A DNA stretch of 64,000 bases from Heterodontus francisci. Taxonomy: Eukaryota. Below are positions 49,200 through 62,475 of this stretch, in pieces. The notes beneath the pieces are model-generated. The model saw nothing but the letters and a program-made list of their open reading frames with translations, did no database searches and was not told the origin of the DNA. How positions within the stretch are numbered: position 1 is the stretch's first letter; each line of letters opens with the position of its first letter. The DNA is taken from the NCBI RefSeq assembly GCF_036365525.1, contig NC_090379.1, positions 27,395,790 through 27,459,789 on the forward strand, in the 5' to 3' direction. The translations under genes and the position numbers were made by a program.

Positions 49200-50762
49200 T
49201 TTGGGATGTTGTGGTAAGTTCCTGGGTTGCCAGGTTGGAGCCAGATTCCTCCATGCCCCTTGACAGTGACAGGGGGTTGTCTGGCAGGTCAGCCAATGCT
49301 CCCATTCTTGATATGCATGTCTATCCGTGCTCTTTTGCATGCCATCCCATCGAGGTGCACATCTGAATCCCCATCAGCAGAACTCAGCTGTATCGCACCC
49401 TCTGATGAGCTGGCAAATGAACTATCCTTTACTCCCTGGCCTGGCTGCAGCCCACTCATCCCCAGGTGGCTCACTATGTGCTGATTCCAACTCTGTATTA
49501 GCCTCCAAGGTACATGCAGTGTCAGTATCTGAGCTGTTGGCTGCGAAAGTCAGATCGAGTGACTGGACCTCTTCATCAGTGATGTGCTGTTGCTCTTTTC
49601 TTCCTTGGGCTGCTGTGGCTGGGTAGGTGGCAGTTCTTGGGTGTCAGAAAGCAGGAGCTTAGAAAGGGAAGGTTGGCGTGAGGGAAGGAAGCTGGGGTGG
49701 GAAGCAAGAGTTCCATGGGCACACCATCTACAGTTTGCTTATCCTGCCAGATTGCAGGATGAGGGTGAGCTGGGAGTTGAGAAGGGGTACATATCAAAAG
49801 CATACCATCCTCAATGTTCTCAGCAATGCCGGATGCCACAGGGTCTGTCACAGCTGGCTCTGTGATGCTGAGAGCCATCTCCTTTGCAAGACTCAGGAAA
49901 TGTAGACGTCCTTGTCCCCTGTCGGTTCAGCTCTGCTCCCTTCTATTGTGTGTGATATTGTCCTGCAAGAGAGAGGGCAGAATGTCAGTGACTGTGTTGC
50001 ACCTTGAGTGATGTGACTGCCACAGCTGTTGGAGGTATGTAAAGGCAGCGAGAGGTGTGTGTGAGGTTGGCAGTATTGGTTGGAGGGTGAGGTGGAGTAT
50101 CTTGATGTTAGGCTTAAGTCCTGAGCGCTGCTGGGTGAGTAATGGGGGGTGTGGCGCATTGATCAGCGTGAGGGGTTCTGGTGTGGTGGGCAGGAGATCC
50201 CATGTGAAATCTACTGACTACCCAAATGAGGTATTAGACTTCTTGTGACATTATTGCCAGGTTCTCCGGTCCAGAGGCTGGGAGTTGACCTCCCTGACCA
50301 CCTGCTCCTACTTCCTTCTCAGGTTGTCTGTGAGGCCCCCCACCCTAGAAACGCAGCATCTCTGCTCCTGCCTACCTCCACCACTAATACCTCCAGTACC
50401 ACATCCATAACCCTGGAGCCCTCTTTTCCCTGGTGTCCCATTTTTCATGTTTTAAATTGCCTCAGCGTTATTCAGCGCATCTTCCTTTTAAGAGGGACAG
50501 ACTGCCTTTAAGAACAGAAGGCTGGCTGCATCACGTGCTCTCAGCACAATGTTGATCGGCCCTGTGCTGGGCATAGAGGCAGCCAGCAGAGTGAAGAGGA
50601 AGGCAGCAATGAGGAACTCATTCGTCCCCATGCTAATGAGGTGGGAGAACTAAAATTGTGTGCTGCCCACCTCCAACTGATCAATACGGGCAGGCCCCAA
50701 ATCATGACAGCCCCCACCCCCCCCCCCCCAAAAATGGGGGGGTGCAGGTGAATTTTTAGCCC
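49200..50762 (-). mobile_element. Harbinger-like remnant with a spliced Myb/SANT pseudogene
   Basis: 50215-50441 translates, with lesions, to ...LEVLVVEV...EQVVREVNSQ...RRTWQ*CHKKSN (trihelix-like). Second exon at ~49804-49965 (...EMALSITEPAVTDPVASGIAENIED|GTATG). Terminus AATTTTTAGCCC. Confidence 0.6.
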
Positions 50763-52014
50763 TCCACGTTTGAGCACTTTTGCCAGAGAATGTTCATTGT
50801 GATTGATGGCAGATAGAGTTGTGTGCAACAGATTGGGTATAGAAAAACAATATTTTGATCAAGGCAAATTAACAGACCAGTTGAAAGGGTTACTCTCCAG
50901 TATCAACAATTAAAAATAATGAGGTTATTGAATTGTAAGTTTGGAATCAGAAAGGGATTTCCTCATCCTCACTAAGATACCCTAGATATGTGTGTGTGTG
51001 ATATATATGGTAGAAAGTTGTTCATTCCCAGGTTGTCCTAGAGTTTGATACGTTAAGGTACAATTTAGCTGACTCCGTGCTTTCATTGTTTGCTGAGACT
51101 ATAGGATATATATGGACTTGTTTTCATGGCCTTGTTAGGAAACAGTTAGCCAAGGCAGTTTTGAGATAAGAAGATGGAACAATGAAGACAGGATGAAAAC
51201 AAGTTGGCATCTGTTGTTTGTAGGAAATAGATCCTTGAAGGGGGTGCGGGGGGGGGGGGAGGTGTCTAGCTTGCATAACACTTGTCATGTCACAATAATC
51301 AATTATCAATGACAAGGTTGTAGAGATATTCAGGATTGGAAAGAAACAACAACAAGGTTCGTCTCTGCCGGGACAGAGAAAACACAGCAGCATTGTTTTA
51401 TTTCTCTGTATGCCTACTGCTTAAAGGTATTGTTTATATCTGGACTTGGTCTCATAGATAAAGAATTGTTGCCAACCATAATTTGGTGTCAGGAATCAAA
51501 TTTGTCACAAAGTATCCATAGCACAAGAGTTATTTGTTTGTTATGTTTATTAAATAAACAAATGTTTATTTCTTATTTGAAAGCAAGCTTTTTTTATTCT
51601 CCAATAAATCTTTTCACTTATCAGGAATACTAACCTGGTTTGCTTTTTACACAATGGGCAGGCCTATGTCTCTGCATTAAAATACCTGTAATAATAATTT
51701 CCAGAATTTTTTCATTGACTGCAAAACTCAGTATTTACAGAGCACGCCAGCACTTTAAACTATGCCAAATTTCAACGTGAAGTCTTTATTATTTTAATGT
51801 GTTCAAAAGTGGTTACGTGAGTTGCCTTTTTTGTTTATACTGACAATACTGTTCAAAATGATTGTTCATATGACCAAATTTATTTATATAACTGATATTT
51901 GCTTATTGGTCTGCACTGGGTTAGGAAATGTTTGTTTATTTTCCAGGAACAAATAAAAAAAACACTTGCTTCACTGTCTCTGGGGAGATCTCTTACAAGC
52001 ACCTTTCATCATTC

Positions 52015-52300
52015 TCTAACAGAAGATAGGAGATTTAATAGAAGTGTTTAGAATTATGAGGGGTTTTGATAGATAGGGAGAAATTGTTTGCACTGGTAGT
52101 TTTGTGATCTGCAAAGCACTGCCTAAAAGGCTTGTGGAAGCAGAGTCAATAGTAACTTTCAAAAGGGCGTAGGATGAATTCCTGAAAGGGAGAAATATGC
52201 AGGACTTTGGGGAAAGACCAGGATAGTGGAAATTCAAATTCAATTCAAAGGCTGACACAGACATAATGGGTCAAATGGCCTCTTTCTGTGATATGATATG
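52015..52300 (+). mobile_element. CR1 3' fragment
   Basis: GDLIEVFRIMRGFD region. Confidence 0.75.
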
Positions 52301-53909
52301 CAACCTTACAACACTATAATGTCTGACACACTGGAAGAAATACCATGGGAGAACTGCTCTGTATATAAATAAAAGTGTTGCATCTAGCATGTGGCTGTTA
52401 CACAAAATTATAATTGACTCCTATCTTCCAGGGTCAATCAAATAGCACTTACTTCACCGTCTGAGCTCATCTCCCAAAAACATCTTTCCAAATCCTTTCA
52501 GCAGTTAAGTGTACCCCTTGCAGCAGTCTAAGCCTGACTTTAAAAAGCCAGTTTGACCTCTTAATTCACTTGAGGACCTGCTAACAGCATTCAGTCTCCA
52601 AGTGACCTGAGAAAGGTACAGCAATTGCACTTTGTGGCCTTCAAAGGGACATAGCAAGTTACATATAGCAATACTGTAGCAGCTGCTGGTGAATTTCATG
52701 ATATAGGTTTCCTATCCCTATAAAACAGAATACCACCAGCCGCTTGAGTAGCAGTATGAGAGATGCATTAGAGTGGGAAAATAACAATATGTTGGAAATC
52801 ACATGTGATTTTGCCCATGGATTAATACTTGAATAGAGTAAAATAGTGATTTTTTGACATTTGCTGGGTAGAATTGGAGGTTCATTTTGTTTTCAGTTTC
52901 TATTCATTTAGATTTTCAGCTTTTTATGTTTTTCCTGAGCAGTTTTTGGTTTATATTCCCTGCAAGTTGACAAATTTAATCTACAAGTGCAAAAAAAGTG
53001 CACTGGAAGTTGATCCAATTTAATTTGATAAGTATTCAAATCACAAAATACAATATACAAAAAATGTCCACGGGCACACTGAATTACATTGACATCTACA
53101 GCAGCATATTTATATAAACTGAAATCTGTCTTCACAATTCCCAGTATTTTGATGCAATTAAACTGAATTAGTGAATTCAAACCAGTTGAGGGTGCTGCAG
53201 TACAAGATAAGGAATTTTCTCAGCAAACTTCTTTTGTGTGATTATATCTTGTGTCGTGGTAAACGTGAGCTGATTTAAAATGAATTCTTCGTATATAGAG
53301 GTGACCTTTACAATTTTGTCAGACATGCATTTCTTACTGATATCTTTGATCAACATATGCAGTTTGGTCTTTGAACTGTTTGAAATACACTGGCTATACA
53401 AAAAGCAGTGGGGCAAACTTTCACACACCCTTCACACAAATGCTTATTTTACTGAAGTTTTGTTCAGTTTCAGTGGCTTTGAAACATGTTTGACCTTAAC
53501 ATGGCTGTTGAAATCTGCTTTTGCTCAAATTTTGGGATTCAGTTCCATTTCTTTTTTGTACAGATGATCCTTTTATATCTCGGGCAAAAATAGAAAAACT
53601 CTCTTTTCTGTTAGTGCACTGTCGTCAACAAGGAGTTTGGCTGTTGTCGCTGAGTGAAATATTGGGCATGGGTGGAATAATATTGAGGTGGCTAATTTTA
53701 CTGCACTGGAATAGAAAAACCACAATCCATTTTTATTCATGTGCAACAGTGCTTTTAAAGGACCTGTGTACATTCATTTCTAGACAACACTGTTTCCTCA
53801 ATTTCATTGACATTTTTACCATTTAGGATATCTTTCCGTTCTTTGATTGTAAAATGTGTTTTTTCACATGTATTGATATTGAACTGAATTTGCCACATCT
53901 CTACTCACT

Positions 53910-54350
53910 CCCCTAACAAAAAGAACAACTTGCATTTATATAGCACCTTTAACATAGTAAAACACCCCAAGGTACTTCACAGGAGCATTACCAAACAAAA
54001 TTTAACTCCAAGCAACCCAAGTTTGAAAACAAGGATGAGAATGTTAAAAGTGAGGCGCTGTCGGATCAGGAGTCACTGTAGACCAGGGAGCACAGGGGTG
54101 ATGGATGAATGAGACTTTGTGCAAGTTAGAATACGTGCAGCAGATAAACAGTTTAAGAGGGGTGCAAGTTGGGAAGCTGGCCAGGACAGCATTGAGATAA
54201 TCAAATCTAGAGGTAACAAAAGCATGGATAATGGTTTCATCAGCAGAGGCAGGGGTGGAGACAACCGATGTTATGGAGATGAAAGTAGGCGATCTTGGTT
54301 ATGAGGTCAGAAGCTCAGCTTAGGGTCAAATAGGATACCAAGCCTGCAAT
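53910..54350 (-). mobile_element. L2 LINE 3' fragment
   Basis: AACAACTTGCATTTATATAGCACCTTT tail; antisense AARILTCTKSHSSITPVL. Confidence 0.75.
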
Positions 54351-56462
54351 CTTTGTCTGCCTCTTCTTCAAATTTTAAACCCATTTGTTGAGAATTCTCT
54401 TGCATGCTTGCTCAAAACATGGAACCAGAAAAGGCCGTTTGGCCGTCTAGTCCATTCGCTTCATAGACCTACTTGCCTCACATTAACTGCCAAACCAAAC
54501 TTGGGCCAGGTGTTGAACATTACGTTAAACAACCACATCACCCTCTCTTCCTAAGTGTCCTCAATCAGATTTTACACCAAACTTACTAAAATGTTGAGCT
54601 AATTTTGAAACTATGAAGCCAGCACTCGTGATTCATGTGACACTAAACAAGTAACAGAAAAATTGGTAATGTGCTTTAGTTGTATACCTCGGGAACATGG
54701 CCGTTCATTTATTTTTATACCTTCATATTTTCATTTAATCTAAGCTGATCTTTCTATTTCTGAAAATTTAACAAGTTTAAGCAACTTATTATTTTAAATT
54801 CATTATATTCAATGGAAGTGCAGATCTTAGCTTGAAGTTTATTGAGCTGAGCTAAAGTGACTTCATTTAGATTATGCCATCCACTAAACTAAAATAGAAA
54901 TCAAGAAAAATAATTTGAAATCTGAGTTCAGTGTACAAGTTACAGACATTCTTGGAAAGCAGCACAGAAAAATGCATTGATGTACAAAAACGATAACATG
55001 TGAATGTTGTTCAATAAATGTCACTCCTGGAGGGCTTTTCAGTAAAAAGTATTATGCAGGGGAGAGAGTAAACATGAACAAGAAATCAAAGAGCTTAGAT
55101 GTAAAAACATGAGTTGAATCCAGACTTACCAGAAATTACATTTCAACTTTTTATTCATAAAATGGAAGGATCACGGAAACAGTTGGGAACTATCAACTTT
55201 AAGGGATAGTTGATGTACTTCCCTTGGGGAAGATTTCCAAAATGTTAAGTATGACATAAGCTACCTGCACATTGCAGTTGGGTCAGAAAGTTTTACTTGT
55301 GGATGGTATTTGTAATTTTTGTCAGCACATCATTTAGCATAGATATTATAATTAAGTAATAAAAGATGGTTTCATACTGGAGAATTAAGAATTAGCAGGC
55401 CAATTGAAGGACAAGATTTCAGTTTCCCAATAAGTCACAGGAAGCCACCCATCATCGTTGCTCCTGCAGCATTTCAGTGGCTATTGCATATTGTGTTGCT
55501 GATCCTCTGAGATTTTCAAAGCATTATACAGAATTGTTTCTATCTCAATTATCTTGGAAGGATTTGAAACTGGCTGTTGCAGTTCTTAGTTGTAAGAGTA
55601 TGTGTCACCGGCCTCTACGCTAAATGTTAAAGCAAAGGTTTGTTCAATGATTATTGCAAGAACTGCGCCAGTTTTGATTGTTTCGAGTTGTCCCGTGAGT
55701 TTCATTGTTGACTGTTCTATAAGGCATTTTATGATGTGAAATTAATGTAATTATATTATTTTTGTAAATATAACTTGCATGCTGTGTTAAGTTTACATGA
55801 AGACTGTAATTTAGATTACGGACAAACTATCAACCAAAAACCTCATCAGTTCATTATTAATGACAACAGACCAGTTGCTGCAACTGCCCCACTGTATGCT
55901 GTTCGAGTCATTGTGCTTTTGAAAGTTGCAAAGGTTCACAAAAAAAATCCAATAATGGTGATTGTGATAACATACCAGGAACTGACCCTGCAGGTAGGAT
56001 TGATTTACTGTGTGGATCCTTTTTAGGATGGGAATGTGCTGTGGGTTTCAGTGATGAATTGCAGCTTGATTGCTTGCAATGCTGGAGCATGAGCATGCAT
56101 GGTGACTAATAAAGGAGCTTTAACATTGAGGGATTGGCACTAGCCAGCAGTAAATCTGCAGGAGATTGACAAGCATCACTGTAGCATGTGTACTTGAATC
56201 ATATACCTGGTAAATGGAACTATATGTAGCCTTAGCATGGCAGCTTACTTAAAAAATCCCTTCTTATTCCACAGCTGTTCCCAATCCAGTGGGGACAGAA
56301 AGACTTGCATTAATATAGAGTCTTTTATGAGCACAGAATGTCCTGAAGCCGTTTACAGTCAATGAAGTACCTTTTGAAATTATTGTGATACCAGTTTAAT
56401 ATTCTGAGTACTTTACAAACACTCACAGGAAGTGACATCAATCAACACGTGATAATTCAGTT

Positions 56463-56905
56463 CAGAACATACGAACATAAGAAATAGGAGCAGGTGTAGG
56501 CTATTCGGCCCCTCAAGCCTGCTCTACCATTCAGTAGGATCTTGGCTGATCTGATTGTGGCTTTAACTCCACTTTCCTGTCTGCCCCCCCATAACTTTTG
56601 ACTCCCTTGTCAATCAAAAATCTGTCTAACTCAGCATTGAATATAGTCAATGGCTCAGCCTCTTCTGCTCCCTGGGGAAGAGAATTCCAAACACTAACAA
56701 ACCTCAGAGAAGAAGTTCCTTCTCATCATTGTCTTAAATGGGAGACCCCTTAATTTGAAACGATGCCCCCTTGTTCTAGATTCCCCCACAAGGGGAAACA
56801 TCCTCTCAGCATCTACCCTGTCAAGCCCCTCAGAATTTTATACATTTCAATATATCACCTCTCAATCTTTTGAACTCCAATGAGTATAGGCCCAACCAAC
56901 TCAAC
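56463..56905 (-). mobile_element. CR1 3' fragment inside the gypsy 5' LTR
   Basis: AGAACATACGAACATAAGAA tail, antisense; related to 46250-46660. Confidence 0.85.
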
Positions 56906-56996
56906 TTTGTGTTAGTCATGCATCATTGAGCTCTCTTGTAAAGCTTTTACTTAATAATAAAGAACCCACTCCTTGATTACCTTTCAACCTTTTAGT

Positions 56997-57335
56997 GGGC
57001 GGCATAGTGGCGCAATGGTTAGCACCGCAGCCTCACAGCTCCAGCGACCTGGCTGGTTCTGGGTACTGCCTGTGTGGAGTTTGCAAGTTCTCCCTGTGAC
57101 CACGTGGGTTTCTGCTGGGTGCTCCGGTTTCCTCTCAGCCAAAGACTTGCAGGTTGATAGGTAAATTGGCCATTGTAAATTGCCCCTAGTGTAGGTAGGT
57201 GGTAGGAGAATTGTGGGGATGTAGTAGGGAATATGGGATTAATGTAGGATTCGTATAAAATGGGTGGTTGATGGTCGGCATAGACTCGGTGGGCCAAAGG
57301 GCCTGTTTCAGTGCTGTAACTCTCTATGACTATGA
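56997..57335 (+). mobile_element. V-SINE (HE1-like) inside the gypsy 5' LTR
   Basis: tRNA head, V-domain and CR1-type TCTATGACTATGA tail. Confidence 0.9.
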
Positions 57336-60300
57336 TAACTCAAGGCTGTTGTGTTATTACCTTCTTCAGAAATAAGATACAAAATATGGTGACAGTGTTT
57401 GGTCTCAGAACATTTTCGTGTTTTAAGCACACCAGTTACAAGATGGTGGCAGCCTGTGGTTTCGGAAGCTTTTTGAGTTCTGGGCACACCACCCACATCC
57501 GGTAGCCTAGAGTGCAGTTGAAGACCAAAGTATCGAGGTAGCAGAACATATCGAAGTAGCAGGCCAGCAGAGAGGCTCAGCAGCGGTGTTCATCAGGAAC
57601 AGCTATTTCTCCCGTTGAAGTCCATTGGAGGTAGCAGCAACAGCACGACGCTATCAAGTTCGCCTACCATCCACTGAATTCGGTGCTCAAGTGTGAATGA
57701 ATACATGGAAGGGGGTTGTTATTTCAACAGTTGTCAGCAAGAAATGCAAGAATCGGGTGGAATTAGGCTCAGGAAAGTTGAGCAGAGTTGGTTCATGCCA
57801 GGGCAGCAGAGCGGCACTGCCATTGCGCGCTGTGTGTTTTCCTGCCATAATCGCTTCGAGGTTGATTCTCCCGATCGTAGGCAGAAAGCCCATGCTGCAG
57901 GCACTGAACACAGGACGTGGCTGAAGTCTGCGCTATGCACATAGGAGACCTGCAATTTTTTTTTCCTTTAGGGAAAACCTCAAGCAAAAAAAAGGAGTCA
58001 TTTAAAGGGAAAGGTCCAGCCAAAGATTCTTGCAGATCAGTAATTTGGCACTATGACTACCAAATACCTATCAATGAATTAGAAACCCAAGACCTTCTCC
58101 ATGAGTTCCAACTTTTTAGGCAATGCATGGAATTGTATTTCTTGGATCTTGCTGTCACTGAGCTGGACAAACAAGCAGTCAAAATAAAAATTGCGATCGG
58201 CATCGAGGGGCTGCATTGTATTAACACCTCTGGATTATCTGAAGCAAACCAGAGGAAGCCAGTGAGACTCTGGACTAACCAGAGCGAACCAGCGAGACTC
58301 TGGACTAGGAGGAACTGAAGGTCAATATTAATTTTTGAATCCATTGTCTTGAACTAATTGTGTACAGGCAGCAATCGAAGAAGACCATCGATCAATTCAT
58401 AAGCAGATGCCATGAAAAAGGAAATGTCTGATTTTTCGGAAGTGTAGTTATCCAAAAGGATCATGGAATTGGCCATTGCATCTACCCAAATAGAAGCTTT
58501 TCAGAAGGAGCTACTAGACAAAGAAAAAGGGTATGATCTAGAAAGTCTCATGAGAGAAGGCAGGAAATTTGAGGCCATTGCTACAAGTAGGCAGTGCATA
58601 TGAGCACTTGGAACAACGATCGACCATAGGTGAGGTAACCAGATCACCTCAGCAAGGCAAGATTATGTGCCAAATGCGGACTGGTACACCAACTGAGAAA
58701 TTGTCTCACTTACATGGACAACTGTAAGGTGTGTGGCAAGAAAGGGCACTGGGTGAGGCATTGCAAGAGTTCTAGTACTGAAAAACTGGCCAAAAGTCAC
58801 AGCAGGCCCTGACATGACAGGAAACAAATATTGCCTTGAGAGAAACAGGGATACATTCAGAAGAAGTCAATCCAATGCAGACATGTCCACGAGATCGACA
58901 CAGATGTATGTAACATAGAGAACACTAATGGTGAGCAAGCGTTTCACACAGCAACAATGGCCCACCAGATGGACTGAGCAGGAAGCATTCACCACCATTG
59001 ACATCACCTGCCCAGAGAAGGCTGGACAATACGAACTGCGACTCAAGATCTATAGAGGGGCAAGTGCAAATATTTTGCCACTGAGAATACTGACTAACAT
59101 GTACCTGGCAATATGGGAAGCCATGATGCAACTTACAAACTCAAGACTCACTGCATACAACGGTACCCCAATCACATGTATGAGAACAGTGAAGCTGGCA
59201 TGTAGGTCTGGGAACTCTTCATGGTCACAGAAAACATGCTACATTGTCAATATGAACGGTCCAGCAGTTGCAGGGTTACCAGCATGTAGCGAGCTTCGAA
59301 TTGTGGCAATCCTTGAGATCAGCAGTGTGCCAAGGACAGACAAAACAGGTGTGATCCATTGAATCCATCCAAGACTTACAACAAATGTATCTGGATCATT
59401 TTGATACAGTAGGAAGTTTCAAAGGAGTAGTCACTTTACATCTGAAAGATAATGCCATTCCTTCTATACATCCACCAAGGAAATGTAGCGTCCATATTAA
59501 GGACAAACTCCGAGCCGAGCTGGATACTATGGAGAAGTAAAGAATTATCAGGTGTGCTCAGCATCACACGGATTGGTGCAGTTCTATAACCCCGGTGATT
59601 AAAAAAAAAAGACGGCCTAGAAGGCTGATTTCAGGCATTAAAACGATGTCCTCATAAAATCCCCACCTTGGAGAAACTTAATCCAAAGTTTGTAAAGCTA
59701 GATTCTTTAACAAGCTTGATGCAAAGTACGGATGCTGATCGGTCCATCTCTCTAAGTTCGCAAGAGGTACCAACCTTCAGGACTCCGTTTGGAAGATATT
59801 GTTTCTTGCGCCTACCTTTTGGCTTATCAGTGAAGCCAGGATGTATTTTACCACCATATGCATCATATCACGGAGAATGTTCCAGGGTGTCTTTGTATTG
59901 CTGACGATATAGTGGTAATGGGCAGCATAAAAGAGAAGCACGAAAGGAATCTGCATATCCGAATGCAAAGTGCCAAAAAGGAAGGCCTTGTATTCAACAG
60001 CAAGAAGCGTGTCGTGAACATGAATCACATCAATCTTTTTGGTTCCATTTACACCGATTCAGGCATAAACCTGGATCCCAGCATAGTAGAGTATATTCAG
60101 TCCATGCCAAGTCCACAAAACAAGGAAGACTAATGGAGATGCCTCAGTCTATTTAATTTCCTAGCTTCCTACATTTCAAACTTTTCAGAGAAGTCCTCAT
60201 CTCTATGGGAACTCCTTTAAAAAGGATAGACCTTACCTGTGGCATGAGGACCACCTGCATGCATTTGATTTACAGAAGCATGTTTTACAGTATACTGACC

Positions 60301-62475
60301 CGGATAAGGATACCATTCTTGAAGTAGATGCTTTGTTGTAAGGTTTGGGAACATGCTTACTCCAAGAGGATCAAATAACTCATCGCCCACACAGGCAAGT
60401 TATTCCAACAAAGCTCTGGTATTCAGAATCACCGAGTTTCAGACTTAACTTTTTGGGGAGCATTTCGTAGTCGAGATGAATCATAAACCACTGGCTATGA
60501 TATGGCAGATAACACCCATCAGCGCACCATCCAGTCTACAATGACTATTGATAAAAGTACAAAGATATGACTGTGAGGTCAGACATAAGTCTGGGAATCT
60601 TACGATGACCTCAGACACTTAGTAGATTACCCAATCCCAGAAAGTGTGAAGACATTCTATTAGACATCCAGGTTGATGAAGTCGACATAGAACTGGAAAA
60701 TGTATACCAGATAGATTTGATGCAGTTTGGACAAAGGAATCGTGAGGAATTACAGGAAGAAACTTCTAGAGACTCAGGCTTAATGGAACTATGGCAACTC
60801 ATTGTCAAAAGATGGTCTGACACAATTCAAGAAGTTCCTGTAGAACTTAGAATCTTTTGACCATACCAAGATGAGTTGGGGGTTTCTAATGGTGTGATCT
60901 TTAAGGGAAGGTGGTGTTAATTCCACAATTGCCCACCTTGACATACTTTTGCAGTTGCACCTCGGTCATTTGGGTGTAGAGAAATCCAGAAGACTTGCAT
61001 GCGAAACTGTCTGCTGGCCAGGAAGTAACAATGACACCAGGCGGGCAGTACGGTTATATGATGCATGCCAAAAGCATCAATCAAGTCAACATAAAGAGCC
61101 ACTTCTCCCCCATGAAGTTCCATCTGATCCTTGGACAGGGATCGCCACTGATCTCTATCAAAGGCGATTACTATCTTTTGCTGACCGATTATTTTCCCAA
61201 GTTTCCTGTAATCCAGCAATTGAGGGACATGTCAAGCCCATCAGTTGCTAACACTATCCGCAGAATATTTAGCTTTTTTGCCCTTCCAGAGAAGATAATA
61301 TGGACCTCAATATACTGTCAAACCGTTTGAAGATATGTGTAAGAAATGGGAAGCGAACCATGTCACATCTTCACCATCAGCCCACCTGAAAGAATGATAT
61401 GCACAGTCAAATCACTGAGAAATATGTACAAACAAAACAAGATTTACATGTAGCCACATTACACTTAAGGGCAACACCAATCGGCACAGGATTACCATCA
61501 CTTGCATAAATTATATTTGGAAGATAATACAACTCTACCAAAGTCAACATTTCATGAAATGTTCATCAATATAGGTCAAACTGATAGCGAATCAGGAGAA
61601 GATGAAAACTGTGCATGACAAACGTGCAGGCATAGAGGTTCTACCATTACAGATTGGGCAGAGGGTTTGAGTGATCCATCTGCAGGAGGGAACTTGGTTT
61701 CTCACTGAATTGTCCAAAATCTGCACTGAATCCAGATTATATGAAGTTACCACCCCTAATGGAGCAGTGCTAAGGAGGAAACCAATGTCAGCTTACGAAA
61801 CCAGATAACAACATTGTGCCTGACAACCATATTGCTTTCAGAACATGTTCACATTCTAACCCAAAGAACACAGTGAAATGTACAGGATGCCTGTCAGAAC
61901 ACAGTCAGGTCGAGAAAAAAAGGTTGGCAAGTCTAGTTTGCAATCAAGCTACACTGTAACAAGATTAGGTCAAGTCATTAGACCACCTCTATGTTAGAGA
62001 CACTTGACTAAAGGACATGGAAGTCCGTGCATATGTAAATATTGTTCCAAACTCTTTTCTTTCATCATGTACATATGTGTACTTTTGTGTATTTCCATTT
62101 TAGGAAAGGGGAATATTGTGATACCACTTTAACAGCCTGAGTACTTCACACATCATCACAAGAGGTAACGTTAACCAACACATGATAGCTCAGTTGGAGT
62201 TGTGCTAGTCATCTAGTCACACGTTTATTATAGAGCTCTCTTGTAAACCTGATACTTAATAATGAAGAGCCCACTCCTTGATTACATTTCAACTCAAGAT
62301 TGTTTGGTACTTTATTGCTGAAGAAGGCAATGACACAACAGAAATGTAACTGTTGTAATGTAGGTAATGGAGCAGCCAATTTGTGCACCGCAAGCTTCCA
62401 CATACAGCAATGTGATAACGATCAGATAATCTGTTTTTGTGATGTTGATTGAGGAATAAATATTGGCTAGGACAC

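Larger units (their letters stand above)
56381..62340 (+). mobile_element. Decayed Ty3/gypsy LTR retrotransposon, Mag-like
   Basis: LTRs 56381-57386 (interrupted) and 62114-62340; TSD GAAAT; PBS TGGTGACAGTG; PPT AGGAAAGGGGAA. Double gag knuckle C..CGLVH....C and CKVCGKKGHWVRHC, protease GASANILP, RT TPFGRY..RLPFGL and IADDI, integrase HLGHLG...PW..IATD after RT. Confidence 0.9.

Noticed and set aside
51034-51175. H/ACA snoRNA reading of the paralogous hairpins
   Set aside because: An ANANNA box directly after the stem is present only in copy A, and pocket-to-box spacing does not fit.
52432-53826. Short ORFs or candidate coding exons (e.g. VNQIALTSPSEL..., DDPFISRAKIEK..., minus-strand 53177-53428)
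   Set aside because: No recognisable homology or consistent exon phase; lengths are compatible with chance.
58246-58308. ~30-bp tandem duplication in gypsy gag
   Set aside because: A simple local duplication in a dead element.
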